This document shows positions 19,901 through 28,192 of a stretch of DNA of 64,000 nt, one piece after another. Numbering within the stretch: the first letter of the stretch is position 1; every line of letters begins with the position of its first letter. Position numbers and translations under genes: made by a program. The notes beneath the pieces are model-generated. The model saw only the letters and a program-made list of their open reading frames with translations. It did no database searches and was not told where the DNA came from. Origin of the DNA: an uncultured virus (IMG/VR IMGVR_UViG_3300043430_000167) (taxonomy: Duplodnaviria; Heunggongvirae; Uroviricota; Caudoviricetes); IMG/VR virus record IMGVR_UViG_3300043430_000167, one strand, 5' to 3'.

Positions 19901-22900
19901 CTTCATCTACAGCACAGAGAAAGCAGCGCAAGCGCGAGCCAAAGAACTTGGTGACAAGACCTTTGCCGCCCCTTATCAGGATCGCTTCGCTGTGTTCGAG
20001 AAGGCCGGCGCTGAGATCCCGTCCGACAAGGTGCGCAAGACTGCGGGCGGGCAAGGCCACACCATCACTGAGACAGAAGAAATGGCCTCCCAGGCGGAAG
20101 CCAAGCTGGACAAGACCGAGCGCACTTTCGACGAGCTGACGGGCATTGAGCTACACCCGAAGGAAGGGCGGCTGGATCAACGCAAAGGGCGCATTGAACA
20201 ACTGCGCCGTGATTACAAACAGGCGAACGAGCGGCTCAAAGAGTTGGTTGCGAAGCGCGAAGGGCAGGGCGGGAGCATTCAGAACCTGGAGAAGTTCCGC
20301 CCCAACGACGTGGTTTGGGCGGCGGTTACTCCGCGTGAAGAAACTGAAGACGGTCATGCCGTGGCTGTGTTCAAGGATTTTGGTCAGGCCCAGCGCTATG
20401 CTGAGCAGCGTGGTTTGAACACAGTGCAGGATCTGGCGATGAACCTGACGCCCCCGCCTGCACGAAAGAACGTGCCGCTTGAGCGCTCTATCGCCGCGGC
20501 TCAACAGAAGCGCGACGCGTTGGTGGAAGAAGGCAAGCGCATCTCCGCTGAGTACAAGGCTGCTGCAGACAAGGCTGAGCCCAAGCGCAAGTACAACAGC
20601 GAGCCAGCGCGCAAGAGCGTCATGGACAACCCCCGCTTCGCCGCATGGTTTGGCGACAGCAAGATGAAGACCAAGGACGGTCAGCCAGCTGTGTTCTATC
20701 ACAGCACCGACAACACGTTTGATGAGTTCGACACGCGCATGGCGGGGCGGAATACGGACCACGCCAGCACGGGCCTGGGGGTCTTCCTTAGCCCGAGCAA
20801 AGAGCGCAGCAAGGTGTATGGGCAGCATTCCATGGCGCTGTATGTGCGGATGGAAAAACCCTACAAGATGAGTGTTGAAGAGTTCAGCGGGTTCAAGGAT
20901 CAGGCATCTGCAGCAGCGCGGCAAGCTGAGCTTCGTGCTCAGGGTTATGACGGCGTCTTCGTACCTGCGGACAAGACCACCATCGTGTTCGATCCGACAC
21001 AGCTCAAGTCCATCGACAACAACGGCAACTTCGGCATCTTCGACGCGAACATCAAGCGCAGTGTTGTCCCCGGTGACGCTACTGCGAGCTTCGCCACGCC
21101 TGAGCAAATCAAGGAGGCACAGGACTACGTGATCAAGACCCTCGGCCCGCAGATGCAGACTGAGTGGGTGAAGTCTTTCCCACACGGAGGTTCTGGTGAG
21201 TGGCAGCAAGGCATCATCCGCTTAGCCACCTCAGCCCTGAACCCGCTCTCCGTGGCGCACCACGAGAGCATGCACGAGCTGTTCAGCAGGTTGACTGCCG
21301 CTAAGCGCGACAAGGTCGCGCAGACTCTGCTCCAGGCTGCGAACAGCCCGCTGACTGTGCGGCGTCTTGAGCGGTTCTTCGCTGACGAGAAGTACGCCGC
21401 TGTGCGCGAGGCGATCAAGACTGACCCGGAAGAGCGGCTGGCATACATGTACCAACTGTGGGCTTCTGGCAAGATGAAGTTCGGCCCGGAGACACAGACT
21501 GTGTTCCAGAAGGTCGCAGACTTCGTGCGCAAGATCACCGGCATGCTCACGAACGACCAGCGTGCAGAAATGATCATGCAAGCGTTCCATGAAGGCAAGA
21601 TGGCTGAGCCAAACGCCATGGCGGAAACGCTCAACGATATTGACAGCCGTGGTCAGACGTTGCGCAGCATAGGTAAAAGAATGCAGCCCGCTGCGCGCAA
21701 GGCGCTTGAACTTGTAGCCACAGCCGAGAGCAACCTGGCCGCAAGCAGTAACCCCGCAGTGCGAGAAATACAGACGCTGTTCAGCAACAGCACGGGGAGC
21801 ACCGACAAGGGGCAGGGGTTCCTGCAAGCGCAGGTGCAAGCGAACAACCAATGGCTCAACAAGATGGGCACTGCGCTGCATGCGTCTGACGCAGTTGAAA
21901 AGGCTGACATCGCCGCGGCGCTTGAAGGGCTGCAGAAAGGTGAAAGCTCTACCGACCCTGTGATTGGCAAGATCCAGGCTGGCGTACGCAAGGTGCTTGA
22001 TGACATGCACGAATATCTGCGTGAGGCTGACGTGCGTAGATTCGACAGTGAGAGCAAGCAGTGGGCGCCCATCGAGAAGGTACGTGACTACTTCCCACGC
22101 AGCTGGGACACGTCGAAGCTGATGGCTGATGGCGACAAGTTTGTCGCGGCTCTGATCGAGCACCACAGTGACGCGCTGGTAGCCATCGCTACCCAGGCGA
22201 ACAAGGAGCGCGCTGCAGACGGTGACGCCGGCAAGTACACGGCCAGCTGGGAGAAAGCACAGAAGAACGACACCTCGGCGGTGACGCCGGAAGACGTGGC
22301 GCGGGCAATCCACCAGCGCCTGCTGAACAGCGACGGTCAGGCAGAGCTTGGTGAGCAGACCAATGCCCTTGGCTACACGCCAATGATGAAGGCGGTTAAC
22401 CAGCGGACGTTGAACTGGATCGACATGAAGCACTTCTCCGACTTCCAGCGCAAGGATATGGTGCAGACGCTCACCACCTACGTGAACCAAGCTACGAAGC
22501 GTGCCGAGTACGCCCGCCTGTTTGGCGGAGACGGGGCCAAGCTCGAAGCGAAGATGACTGAGGCTTGGCACCACGAGATCGACAATCTGGCCAGGGAACA
22601 GTACGGTGTTGACAATGCCAGCGCGAAGGCTGCGCAAGCCGCTCGCTCACCTGATGAGTGGGAGAATCACCTGCATGACGTGCTGAAGGTCAGCAAGGCG
22701 GAGGCGCAGAAGCTGATCCAGTCTGGCCTGCAAAACCTCGAACCTGTACGCCGCGCTGTCATGGCCATGGAAGGCACACTGGGTCATGACATCTCCCCGC
22801 TGCTCCGCAAGGTGAGCGCCTACAGCATCGTGTACCAGAACACCCGGCTCCTGGCGTACGCCATGTTCTCGAACCTCATTGACCCGCTTGGAATCATCGT

Positions 22901-23858
22901 GCGTGGCGGCGAGCTGAAAGACGCCTACAGCGCATTCAAGCGTGGCATGACAAGCGTGGTGCGCGAGTGGGGCGACATGACTGGTTTGCGTGAAGCGAAA
23001 GACGGCGACGTGGACGAGGCCACCCGCATAGCTGAGATGATTGGCACGGTGGATTGCGCCGGTTTCATGAGCACCATGGGTAACATGTACGGCTCGCAGT
23101 TCTTGCCGCAGTGGGCACGGAACTGGAACGACAACTTCTTCCGCTGGAACGGCATGGAGGCGTTCAACAAGGCCATGCGCGTACAGGCTACCCAGGCTGC
23201 CATCGGCTTCATCAAGCGTCACGGCGGCGAGAAGACCAACGAGCACAGCGGGCGCTACCTGCGTGAGCTTGGCCTGACCGCTGAGGATGTGAAGGTGGGC
23301 GCGGACGGCAGGCTCAACGTGGAAGATCCGAAGATCCAGAAGGCAGTCATGCGTTGGGTGGATGGAGCAATCCTGCGCCCGAACGCCGCGCTGAGACCCA
23401 CGTGGATGTCAGATCCTCACTACGCAGTGTTCGGCCACCTCAAGCAGTTTATGTACGCCACCCACGAAGTGCTGCTCAAGCGCATCGTGCACGAGGTGAA
23501 GAACGGCAACACTGACCCAATGATGACGTTTCTGGCCGGGTACATCCCAGTCATGCTGGTGGCAGACTCAGCCAAGGGCATCCTTCAAGAGATAGTCGGG
23601 GGCGGAACCCCGACGTGGCAGCACGACAGCGTCGGGGGGATCGTTGCGCACGGCGTTGAGAGAGCCGGTGGCCTGGGTGTTGCCCAAATGGGTGTGGACA
23701 CTGTGAAGTACGGCCCCACCAGTTTGCTCGGACCGCAGGTTGAGCAAATCATGAGCGCGTTCAGCAATCCAGTGAACGAGTCCATCAAAGAAGCCGCGGG
23801 GGTTGGCCCCCTCAGCATCATGATGAAGGGCGCCAAGATGACGAACGTAGTGGACTGA
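16989..23858 (+). CDS. Giant internal virion/ejection protein with ADP-ribosyltransferase-like (ART-PolyVal) and HExxH domains
   Basis: 2289 aa; 'FAAWFGDSK...VFYHST...GLGVFLS...GYDGV...VFDPTQLKS' at ~20630-21050; 'HHESMHE' at ~21258-21278. Confidence 0.65.
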   Translation: MPLYDVLQNNPNAFKTTPSTYDRLQAQPRPEPMTGLEQEKLFGNPLSRGLGQAARGMKGSVKAYVASALDAMGAGETAQGWWDGAQQDAERAAFVAPEVQSIRQVNDVDTAGQYALGAIGKGLAFIPATMAAAAAGRAGLGRAIGPTAGAHVGGAALMLPAEGGEVAQQLRTDPAAAGMSAAEKFARATGVGAINAGLEVLPEAGMVNRLTGRVPVTSLRQAAKGAAKEFSQNVGKEVLTETAQDAVGQLHNIQYDGSKAFDAVQSVDAALQGGIGAGPVAAIHAPVAQGLDLLAGTGKLGSDAVQAGGKKISDTAMSAPSTGLGDAWHSYREHPELAQLMSEQTLPPELAKGSDQDVLNWAAGDDNKRRDAALVIAQRTLTNPAASEQAKAEAQGLLNNPGDPEAWRPFAGALVLQEKSRRVGANIREAAEQLGAKIPSIPEGLDAETVANKAGLGVRAAAQTVKAAADGLSKKNLEPTIQDLNYAQLMAPRMEKAFGGQLSPDVSTAAASVLKDYVLGGFGVDEHGNVTVPHGLTAAFGAETPAVVEHAFDLLRRQGRVDEALAAKLADVKTAVEERLPKYKRATQVVWDNLVPEQMEAVPSEDYPHIADSVRRYLDSGKKDPAAEKYLDTLFGPNKSKVLEQIDLLHERGQLKAKHYGEGVDEAGVQESDNAVEEDHDAPIGERGPSYDYHFGSKAGMPFDMEQGHTPEHMMRVSSGLDASRYATRYDKSTGKDYVHAEPVGIVDYARQTGDGAALQKLYKEHAAERDQIGDDALDRKLNSRYKVLRAQELMDDGHDQVDIRASELKRPATIKGEPNKRAWSDVTAIGTKDVSTIEHGRVFLKQKDGGEFVTSAQKLISKMWEAKQRGAFQGSTAEQAGGKDMLNMFSAGLASLLATGQFEGMDVRMPDGSMQIADKIDDLPKNFVLFTKPGGEKVRISDVIKATSKEINEARAEENRLARDQKTGEHFIYSTEKAAQARAKELGDKTFAAPYQDRFAVFEKAGAEIPSDKVRKTAGGQGHTITETEEMASQAEAKLDKTERTFDELTGIELHPKEGRLDQRKGRIEQLRRDYKQANERLKELVAKREGQGGSIQNLEKFRPNDVVWAAVTPREETEDGHAVAVFKDFGQAQRYAEQRGLNTVQDLAMNLTPPPARKNVPLERSIAAAQQKRDALVEEGKRISAEYKAAADKAEPKRKYNSEPARKSVMDNPRFAAWFGDSKMKTKDGQPAVFYHSTDNTFDEFDTRMAGRNTDHASTGLGVFLSPSKERSKVYGQHSMALYVRMEKPYKMSVEEFSGFKDQASAAARQAELRAQGYDGVFVPADKTTIVFDPTQLKSIDNNGNFGIFDANIKRSVVPGDATASFATPEQIKEAQDYVIKTLGPQMQTEWVKSFPHGGSGEWQQGIIRLATSALNPLSVAHHESMHELFSRLTAAKRDKVAQTLLQAANSPLTVRRLERFFADEKYAAVREAIKTDPEERLAYMYQLWASGKMKFGPETQTVFQKVADFVRKITGMLTNDQRAEMIMQAFHEGKMAEPNAMAETLNDIDSRGQTLRSIGKRMQPAARKALELVATAESNLAASSNPAVREIQTLFSNSTGSTDKGQGFLQAQVQANNQWLNKMGTALHASDAVEKADIAAALEGLQKGESSTDPVIGKIQAGVRKVLDDMHEYLREADVRRFDSESKQWAPIEKVRDYFPRSWDTSKLMADGDKFVAALIEHHSDALVAIATQANKERAADGDAGKYTASWEKAQKNDTSAVTPEDVARAIHQRLLNSDGQAELGEQTNALGYTPMMKAVNQRTLNWIDMKHFSDFQRKDMVQTLTTYVNQATKRAEYARLFGGDGAKLEAKMTEAWHHEIDNLAREQYGVDNASAKAAQAARSPDEWENHLHDVLKVSKAEAQKLIQSGLQNLEPVRRAVMAMEGTLGHDISPLLRKVSAYSIVYQNTRLLAYAMFSNLIDPLGIIVRGGELKDAYSAFKRGMTSVVREWGDMTGLREAKDGDVDEATRIAEMIGTVDCAGFMSTMGNMYGSQFLPQWARNWNDNFFRWNGMEAFNKAMRVQATQAAIGFIKRHGGEKTNEHSGRYLRELGLTAEDVKVGADGRLNVEDPKIQKAVMRWVDGAILRPNAALRPTWMSDPHYAVFGHLKQFMYATHEVLLKRIVHEVKNGNTDPMMTFLAGYIPVMLVADSAKGILQEIVGGGTPTWQHDSVGGIVAHGVERAGGLGVAQMGVDTVKYGPTSLLGPQVEQIMSAFSNPVNESIKEAAGVGPLSIMMKGAKMTNVVD

Positions 23859-23876
23859 GTGCGCTATGATTGAGGG

Positions 23877-24725
23877 ATGAAGAATAAAGGCTTCACCCTC
23901 GTAGAAATGGCGGTGGTATTGGTGATCATGAGCGCGGTCTCCGGCCTGCTGCTGTCCGGACTCAACGTGTTCATGACGCACACTCGAAGCGCCACCACAC
24001 ACGCCAGGCAGGCGGCTATCAAGAGTGCGTTGATAGCCTACCTCCGGGACAACAAACACCTGCCTTGTCCTGCGACCAAAGCTGACGGCGCGGCAGGCGA
24101 CTGCACATCTCTGTCCGGTACGCTCCCATATCGCGAGCTTTCCATCCCCCAAGACGAAGCGCTTGACGCGTGGGGGAATCACTTCACCTTCGTTGTCACT
24201 AAAGACTGGACAGTCGCCGACACGTTCATCAAAGCACCGGATAAAACCAAGTTGGTTCAACTGGGCGACGAGCGCGCGGCAGTCGTCTTGATCTCCCATG
24301 GTGACAATGGGGACGGGGCGATAAACGCACAGTACCAGCCCAACACGGCCCCGCCCGAGAGTAAGGTTGAAGAAACAGCCAACGCTGAGGGTTGCTCCCC
24401 GCGCTGTTACAGAGAGTCGGTCGCCGATGGCTTTGACGACAGGCTTGCCGTCTTCAGCCCGCAAGAGCTGCTTGAGCCCTTGCTTCAGCAAGGCTGGACG
24501 ACAAAGAGCGATGCAGCGTGCGAGAGCTTTATCAACTCGATCATCCTCTCCAGCAAAGCAGGGCCGGCGCTCGGCAGCGTGCAGCTGACAATTGACAAGG
24601 GAGCGCTTGTTGTCGGATCAACTGAGGAATGCGTGCTTCTGCCGGTGACGCCCCCTAAAGACTGCTCTGCCCCAATGGAGAGGGTGTGCTTGGTCTTGAC
24701 TAAAAACGGAGTGTTCGCCAAATGA
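23877..24725 (+). CDS. Prepilin-type N-terminal cleavage/methylation domain protein (pseudopilin-like)
   Basis: MKNKG/FTLVEMAVVLVIM class III signal (G-1, F+1, E+5); 'LPCPA', 'GTLPY', 'DAWGN', 'ISHG'. Confidence 0.8.
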   Translation: MKNKGFTLVEMAVVLVIMSAVSGLLLSGLNVFMTHTRSATTHARQAAIKSALIAYLRDNKHLPCPATKADGAAGDCTSLSGTLPYRELSIPQDEALDAWGNHFTFVVTKDWTVADTFIKAPDKTKLVQLGDERAAVVLISHGDNGDGAINAQYQPNTAPPESKVEETANAEGCSPRCYRESVADGFDDRLAVFSPQELLEPLLQQGWTTKSDAACESFINSIILSSKAGPALGSVQLTIDKGALVVGSTEECVLLPVTPPKDCSAPMERVCLVLTKNGVFAK

Positions 24726-24922
24726 CCTTCGCTCAACGTGTAAAAGTCGCAGCAATGATCACTCCGGCGTTGATGCTGACGTTCTTCGGCCTGTTCGTCT
24801 GCTCACCGCTACCTAAGTCAGTGAACCTGTATCTTGGTTTCGCCCTCAGCCTGCTTGCCGCGTACAGCTGCGCACACTGCATTGTGATCGCAGCCTGCAT
24901 GTGGCGTGATGCGAACAAATGA
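24722..24922 (+). CDS. Small two-TM membrane protein
   Basis: 66 aa, hydrophobic; ATGA overlaps with both pilin-like genes. Confidence 0.55.
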   Translation: MTFAQRVKVAAMITPALMLTFFGLFVCSPLPKSVNLYLGFALSLLAAYSCAHCIVIAACMWRDANK

Positions 24923-25485
24923 ATCAGCGGGGATTCACCCTCGTTGAGCTGGCGTTCGTAATTTTGGTCATCGGCGCACTCACAGCGGGCGTGCTTGTTG
25001 GTGGCAAACACCTCGTGCGTCAAGCGGATAAGAAAGCCTTTGCTGCCAAAGTTCAGAGCTTGGTGGCGGCGACATCGGAATTCCGAGATCGTTATCGCAT
25101 GTACCCAGGCGACTTCATTGTGAACGAGACCGTGCCTGAAATCCCAAGGCTCAGTAAGCGCTGCCTGTCTGTCGGCCGAGGTAACGGCAATGGGCTTATT
25201 GACGCGAACGAATCCACGTGTGCGAGGGAGCAACTCCTTGGCGCCGGGGTGCTTGAGGCCGCTGCGTTCGAGTTCAAGTTCCCGCAAGTCTCGCTCAGTT
25301 TTCTCTCCGTTCAAACAGCTGGTGTGCCCGTTGGCACGCTAAAAGCGAACGTGAGGAACGTGGTGGTGTTCCAGAACCTGCCGTGCTACCTGACCCAGGC
25401 TGTGCCGAGCGGGGCGGTGATCACAGGGGTATGTTCGGTTGATGACGAAGACGTGGAAGTCCAGTTTGCAGTAGCCGCACAGTGA
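24919..25485 (+). CDS. Prepilin-type N-terminal cleavage/methylation domain protein (pilin-like)
   Basis: MNQRG/FTLVELAFVILVIG class III signal; 'YPGD', 'GNGNGLID'; Cys pairs. Confidence 0.8.
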   Translation: MNQRGFTLVELAFVILVIGALTAGVLVGGKHLVRQADKKAFAAKVQSLVAATSEFRDRYRMYPGDFIVNETVPEIPRLSKRCLSVGRGNGNGLIDANESTCAREQLLGAGVLEAAAFEFKFPQVSLSFLSVQTAGVPVGTLKANVRNVVVFQNLPCYLTQAVPSGAVITGVCSVDDEDVEVQFAVAAQ

Positions 25486-25575
25486 TGGGCTCTTCGCACG
25501 GCGGAGCCGTAATATATTGGACAAACTCGATTATATTGGACTGACAGAGGGTGTCAGATGCCCCGAAAGCCGCAT

Positions 25576-25599
25576 GAATAAAGGCTCCCGCAGGAGCCT
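25576..25599 (-). terminator. Intrinsic terminator downstream of the tRNA fragment
   Basis: Minus strand AGGCTCC-TGCG-GGAGCCT followed by TTATTC. Confidence 0.5.
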
Positions 25600-25614
25600 G
25601 AATTTTCGGTAATG

Positions 25615-25655
25615 GGATTAACAGTCCGGCGCTCTACCGACTGAGCTATCGAGGA
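25615..25655 (-). pseudogene. 5' half of tRNA-Asn(GTT), att core
   Basis: TCCTCGATAGCTCAGTCGGTAGAGCGCCGGACTGTTAATCC: 5' acceptor strand, D arm and anticodon arm; no T arm follows. Confidence 0.85.
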
Positions 25656-25774
25656 AAATCAACAACGTAGCTTCAACTAGCTGTCCAATATATCGTCTCT
25701 CTGACGGTATCTGAGTGACGTTTTGACGCCCTCTCTGAAAATATATTGGACAGCTCGTTGCAGCGAGGAAGCGA

Positions 25775-25803
25775 ATTCTAGGTGGTGATCTCCGGGCTGT
25801 CAA
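25775..25803 (-). promoter_or_regulatory. Near-consensus sigma70 promoter pointing into the tRNA fragment
   Basis: TTGACA-N17-TAGAAT on the minus strand. Confidence 0.8.
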
Positions 25804-25816
25804 CCTTGGTCTTTAC

Positions 25817-25847
25817 AAAAAGAAAGCCCGGACGAATCCGGGCTTTT
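25817..25847. terminator. Intrinsic terminator ending the early (minus) arm; possibly bidirectional
   Basis: AAAGCCCGGA-CGAA-TCCGGGCTTT with A/T tracts on both sides. Confidence 0.8.
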
Positions 25848-25867
25848 AAAGGGCTGAGGGGAGGGAC

Positions 25868-26125
25868 TCAGCCGTACTTGCGCATGTCTCTCGCTGACTC
25901 CTGCTTGTCCGCTTTGGCGTTGGCCATATCCTCCAGGTGACTTGCGAGCAACTTCTCGAACGCTCGGTCCTCCAGAGCTTTGACGACTTTCGATTCAAGC
26001 AGCTCGATGACGGACTCACCTTTGTGCTGCACGTCTTCCAGCTCGAAGTCCTCAATGTCGTGGAACGTGCCCAGGACAAGGAACTCAACACCTCCAAGCG
26101 TGATGCTTACTTCACTCGTATTCAT
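25868..26125 (-). CDS. Hypothetical protein
   Basis: 85 aa, acidic; overlaps upstream stop. Confidence 0.5.
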   Translation of the reverse strand: MNTSEVSITLGGVEFLVLGTFHDIEDFELEDVQHKGESVIELLESKVVKALEDRAFEKLLASHLEDMANAKADKQESARDMRKYG

Positions 26126-26466
26126 GGCTTGTCCTTAACTAGAACCTTGAAACCAAGGTAAGTCACTCTCGTAAGACTGTCGTACGAGAAAGGTTGGGAG
26201 CACGAATTAGCCTTCATCTTCAAATAGCAAAGATCCGCTTCGTCAAGCATTAACGCGTCAGGCTCACGCTGCATATGTTGAACCCCTAGACTCAAAACCT
26301 TCATCATGTCGTAGTACGGGTCATCCGCTGGCGAGAAGGTTCCCGCATGCAATATCTGGATCTTTTTACCGTCCGTTTTACAAACTGTGTAAGCCGTCTG
26401 CTCGTAACCCGGTCTCCCCAGGTCAATACCCAGCATGTACTCAGGTAAGTTGTCACTCGTATTCAT
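26122..26466 (-). CDS. Hypothetical protein
   Basis: Visibly AT-richer ORF flanked by a 14-bp direct repeat. Confidence 0.5.
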   Translation of the reverse strand: MNTSDNLPEYMLGIDLGRPGYEQTAYTVCKTDGKKIQILHAGTFSPADDPYYDMMKVLSLGVQHMQREPDALMLDEADLCYLKMKANSCSQPFSYDSLTRVTYLGFKVLVKDKP

Positions 26467-26665
26467 AGTCTTCACCTCTGTTGTCTTTGAGGATGTCGCC
26501 CTCGGCTACGTCGACAACCACGAGAACGTCGTCAGCCAGGTTCGTCACTTCGAAGATCGTTGCTATGCTGTCAGGTCTGCGCATGTCGTCGAGTGCTGTG
26601 GCTGCGGCCTCTTCGTGTGACGGAGCGTCGATGTGCGCAGACCATACTGTCAGGAACGTGGGCAT
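26453..26665 (-). CDS. Hypothetical protein
   Basis: 70 aa; coupled to the ligase stop. Confidence 0.5.
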   Translation of the reverse strand: MPTFLTVWSAHIDAPSHEEAAATALDDMRRPDSIATIFEVTNLADDVLVVVDVAEGDILKDNRGEDYEYE

Positions 26666-27531
26666 TACAGATCCCTCTCATCCCTGAATGACAAAAACAC
26701 AGGGTGTCTCGGTTTGTCCTTCACGCCCACTGGGAAGTATTTGAACTTCAGCAGCTTGCCGATGTACTTCTCGCGGTTGTCCCACACGCGCTGACGAAGC
26801 TCGTCATCCATGCCTGTGCCGATCTCAAACTCGATGCCTTTCCACAGCACTTGGAACGCGCCCAGCGTGTTCTTGCCCGTCTTGTTCTCTTTGTGTGAGC
26901 TGCGCTTGGTACGACCCAGCTCGTTGGTCGTGGCTTCGTTGCCATTGTGCATTTGCTCAACCAGCCCGACGATGTGAGCTTCATCATCCTGAAATCTTTT
27001 TAGCTTCAGCAAGATCCCTTCCTTGGCAGTGCTGCGCCCGAACTTGTAGCCTGCATCCGGGTCACGCAGAATCAGCCCTTCGTAGCCTTCGTTGAGGCAC
27101 TTCTCTTCCAGAGCCAGCAGCTCTTCAACAGAGTTCACCAGGGTCTGGGGCACTTCAACGACGCGACTGCGAAGGTTGAACTTGCCCGGCTTGAAGCGGT
27201 GGTAATAGCGCTCGTGAGGTACTTCAATGTGGTCAAACACATGGAAGTGCACGTCGGGCTCACCGTCGACAGACATCACGCCGCTGGTGGTCACGTTGAA
27301 GCAGTTCTTCGCTGTCGGCTCACCGACGATCAGCTCACCGTCGAAGTGCTCGTATGCTGAGAACAGCTTCTGCACGTGCTTGTTCGGGATAGGTTTGAGG
27401 CTCCGGCTCATGAGCACGCCGTTGATTACTACTGCACGAATGCCGTCGAGCTTGGGGCTGGCCAGCAAGGGGAAGCGCAGATTGTTGAGGTCTGCGGGTG
27501 AAGCTAACATGGGTTTGAATGCTAAAGTCAT
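26665..27531 (-). CDS. ATP-dependent DNA ligase
   Basis: Motif I 'SPKLDGIR', 'FDGEL', 'YEGLILR', 'LLKLKRF', OB-fold 'PRHPVF'. Confidence 0.9.
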   Translation of the reverse strand: MTLAFKPMLASPADLNNLRFPLLASPKLDGIRAVVINGVLMSRSLKPIPNKHVQKLFSAYEHFDGELIVGEPTAKNCFNVTTSGVMSVDGEPDVHFHVFDHIEVPHERYYHRFKPGKFNLRSRVVEVPQTLVNSVEELLALEEKCLNEGYEGLILRDPDAGYKFGRSTAKEGILLKLKRFQDDEAHIVGLVEQMHNGNEATTNELGRTKRSSHKENKTGKNTLGAFQVLWKGIEFEIGTGMDDELRQRVWDNREKYIGKLLKFKYFPVGVKDKPRHPVFLSFRDERDL

Positions 27532-27866
27532 GAGTGGTACTCGATTTCTGCGCCTGGAGCGCGTTGAATCATTCCGATGGTGATACCGCCGCCCGTTTCC
27601 CACTCATAGCGCAAGATCCACTCAAGCATGCCTGAGCTATCTCGCTCGGTACGTGGAAACACTTTGAGGTTCAGCACACGCTCTTCGTTGCAGTAGCGGC
27701 GCACGTGGTTGGCCACACCGTCGCGCATGATTTCTTCGTCGGTGCGTTTGTAACCAAGAGCTTGCTTGGCAAGATGGCGAGCGGTGGTGTAAAGGGTGTC
27801 GCCCACAGTTGCATCAAGCAGTTGCTCCAGTACGCGACGGTCAATGCTTACTTTTTCATTCGTCAT
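27528..27866 (-). CDS. Hypothetical protein
   Basis: Coupled ORF in early operon. Confidence 0.5.
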   Translation of the reverse strand: MTNEKVSIDRRVLEQLLDATVGDTLYTTARHLAKQALGYKRTDEEIMRDGVANHVRRYCNEERVLNLKVFPRTERDSSGMLEWILRYEWETGGGITIGMIQRAPGAEIEYHS

Positions 27867-28192
27867 TTCGTGTCCTTTGTCACCCAGAACACGTAGTCGC
27901 CGAACCGACCATAGAACTCGCCGGACTGAAGATTCACTTCTTCGGCGCCGTGGCAATACTCAGTGGCCAGCGCCTCTTGCTCTTCGGCGATGTCTTCACC
28001 ACTCACCTCTTTGTTGGCGGTGTAGTCGCCGCAGTCATCCTCGAACTGCTTCATCATGAAGATGATGTGGGCCTTAGCTTCATCGAAGCTCTCGCACTCA
28101 GCTGGTTCGTTGTCCGGCATGTACCCAGGCATGTTGTAGCCAGCGATCCACACTGTAGTGGGCTCACCTTCCTTATCCAGTTCATTCTTCAT
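27863..28192 (-). CDS. Acidic hypothetical protein
   Basis: 'AGYNMPGYMPDNEP'; coupled ORF. Confidence 0.5.
   Translation of the reverse strand: MKNELDKEGEPTTVWIAGYNMPGYMPDNEPAECESFDEAKAHIIFMMKQFEDDCGDYTANKEVSGEDIAEEQEALATEYCHGAEEVNLQSGEFYGRFGDYVFWVTKDTK

Larger units (their letters stand above)
25513..25751. mobile_element. attP: tRNA-Asn-derived core flanked by arm-type repeats
   Basis: TATATTGGAC at 25513, 25532 and 25742, inverted at 25683, surrounding the tRNA fragment. Confidence 0.8.

Noticed and set aside
20151..22637. Long antisense ORFs (352 aa and 468 aa), and similar shadows such as 55106-55957 and 39455-40261
   Set aside because: They lie opposite well-supported genes, as expected from GC-rich codon bias, and show no motifs
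16989..23858. N4-type virion RNA polymerase
   Set aside because: No T7-like polymerase motifs recognised, and the protein is shorter than N4 vRNAP; ART-like and HExxH motifs are seen instead
23877..25485. Host chromosomal DNA flanking a prophage end
   Set aside because: Phage genes continue on both sides, arm repeats flank the tRNA core on both sides, and no T2SS/T4P machinery genes are present; mis-assembly cannot be fully excluded without reads
25580..25655. Complete tRNA-Asn gene
   Set aside because: Similarity stops in the anticodon arm; no T arm or 3' acceptor strand follows
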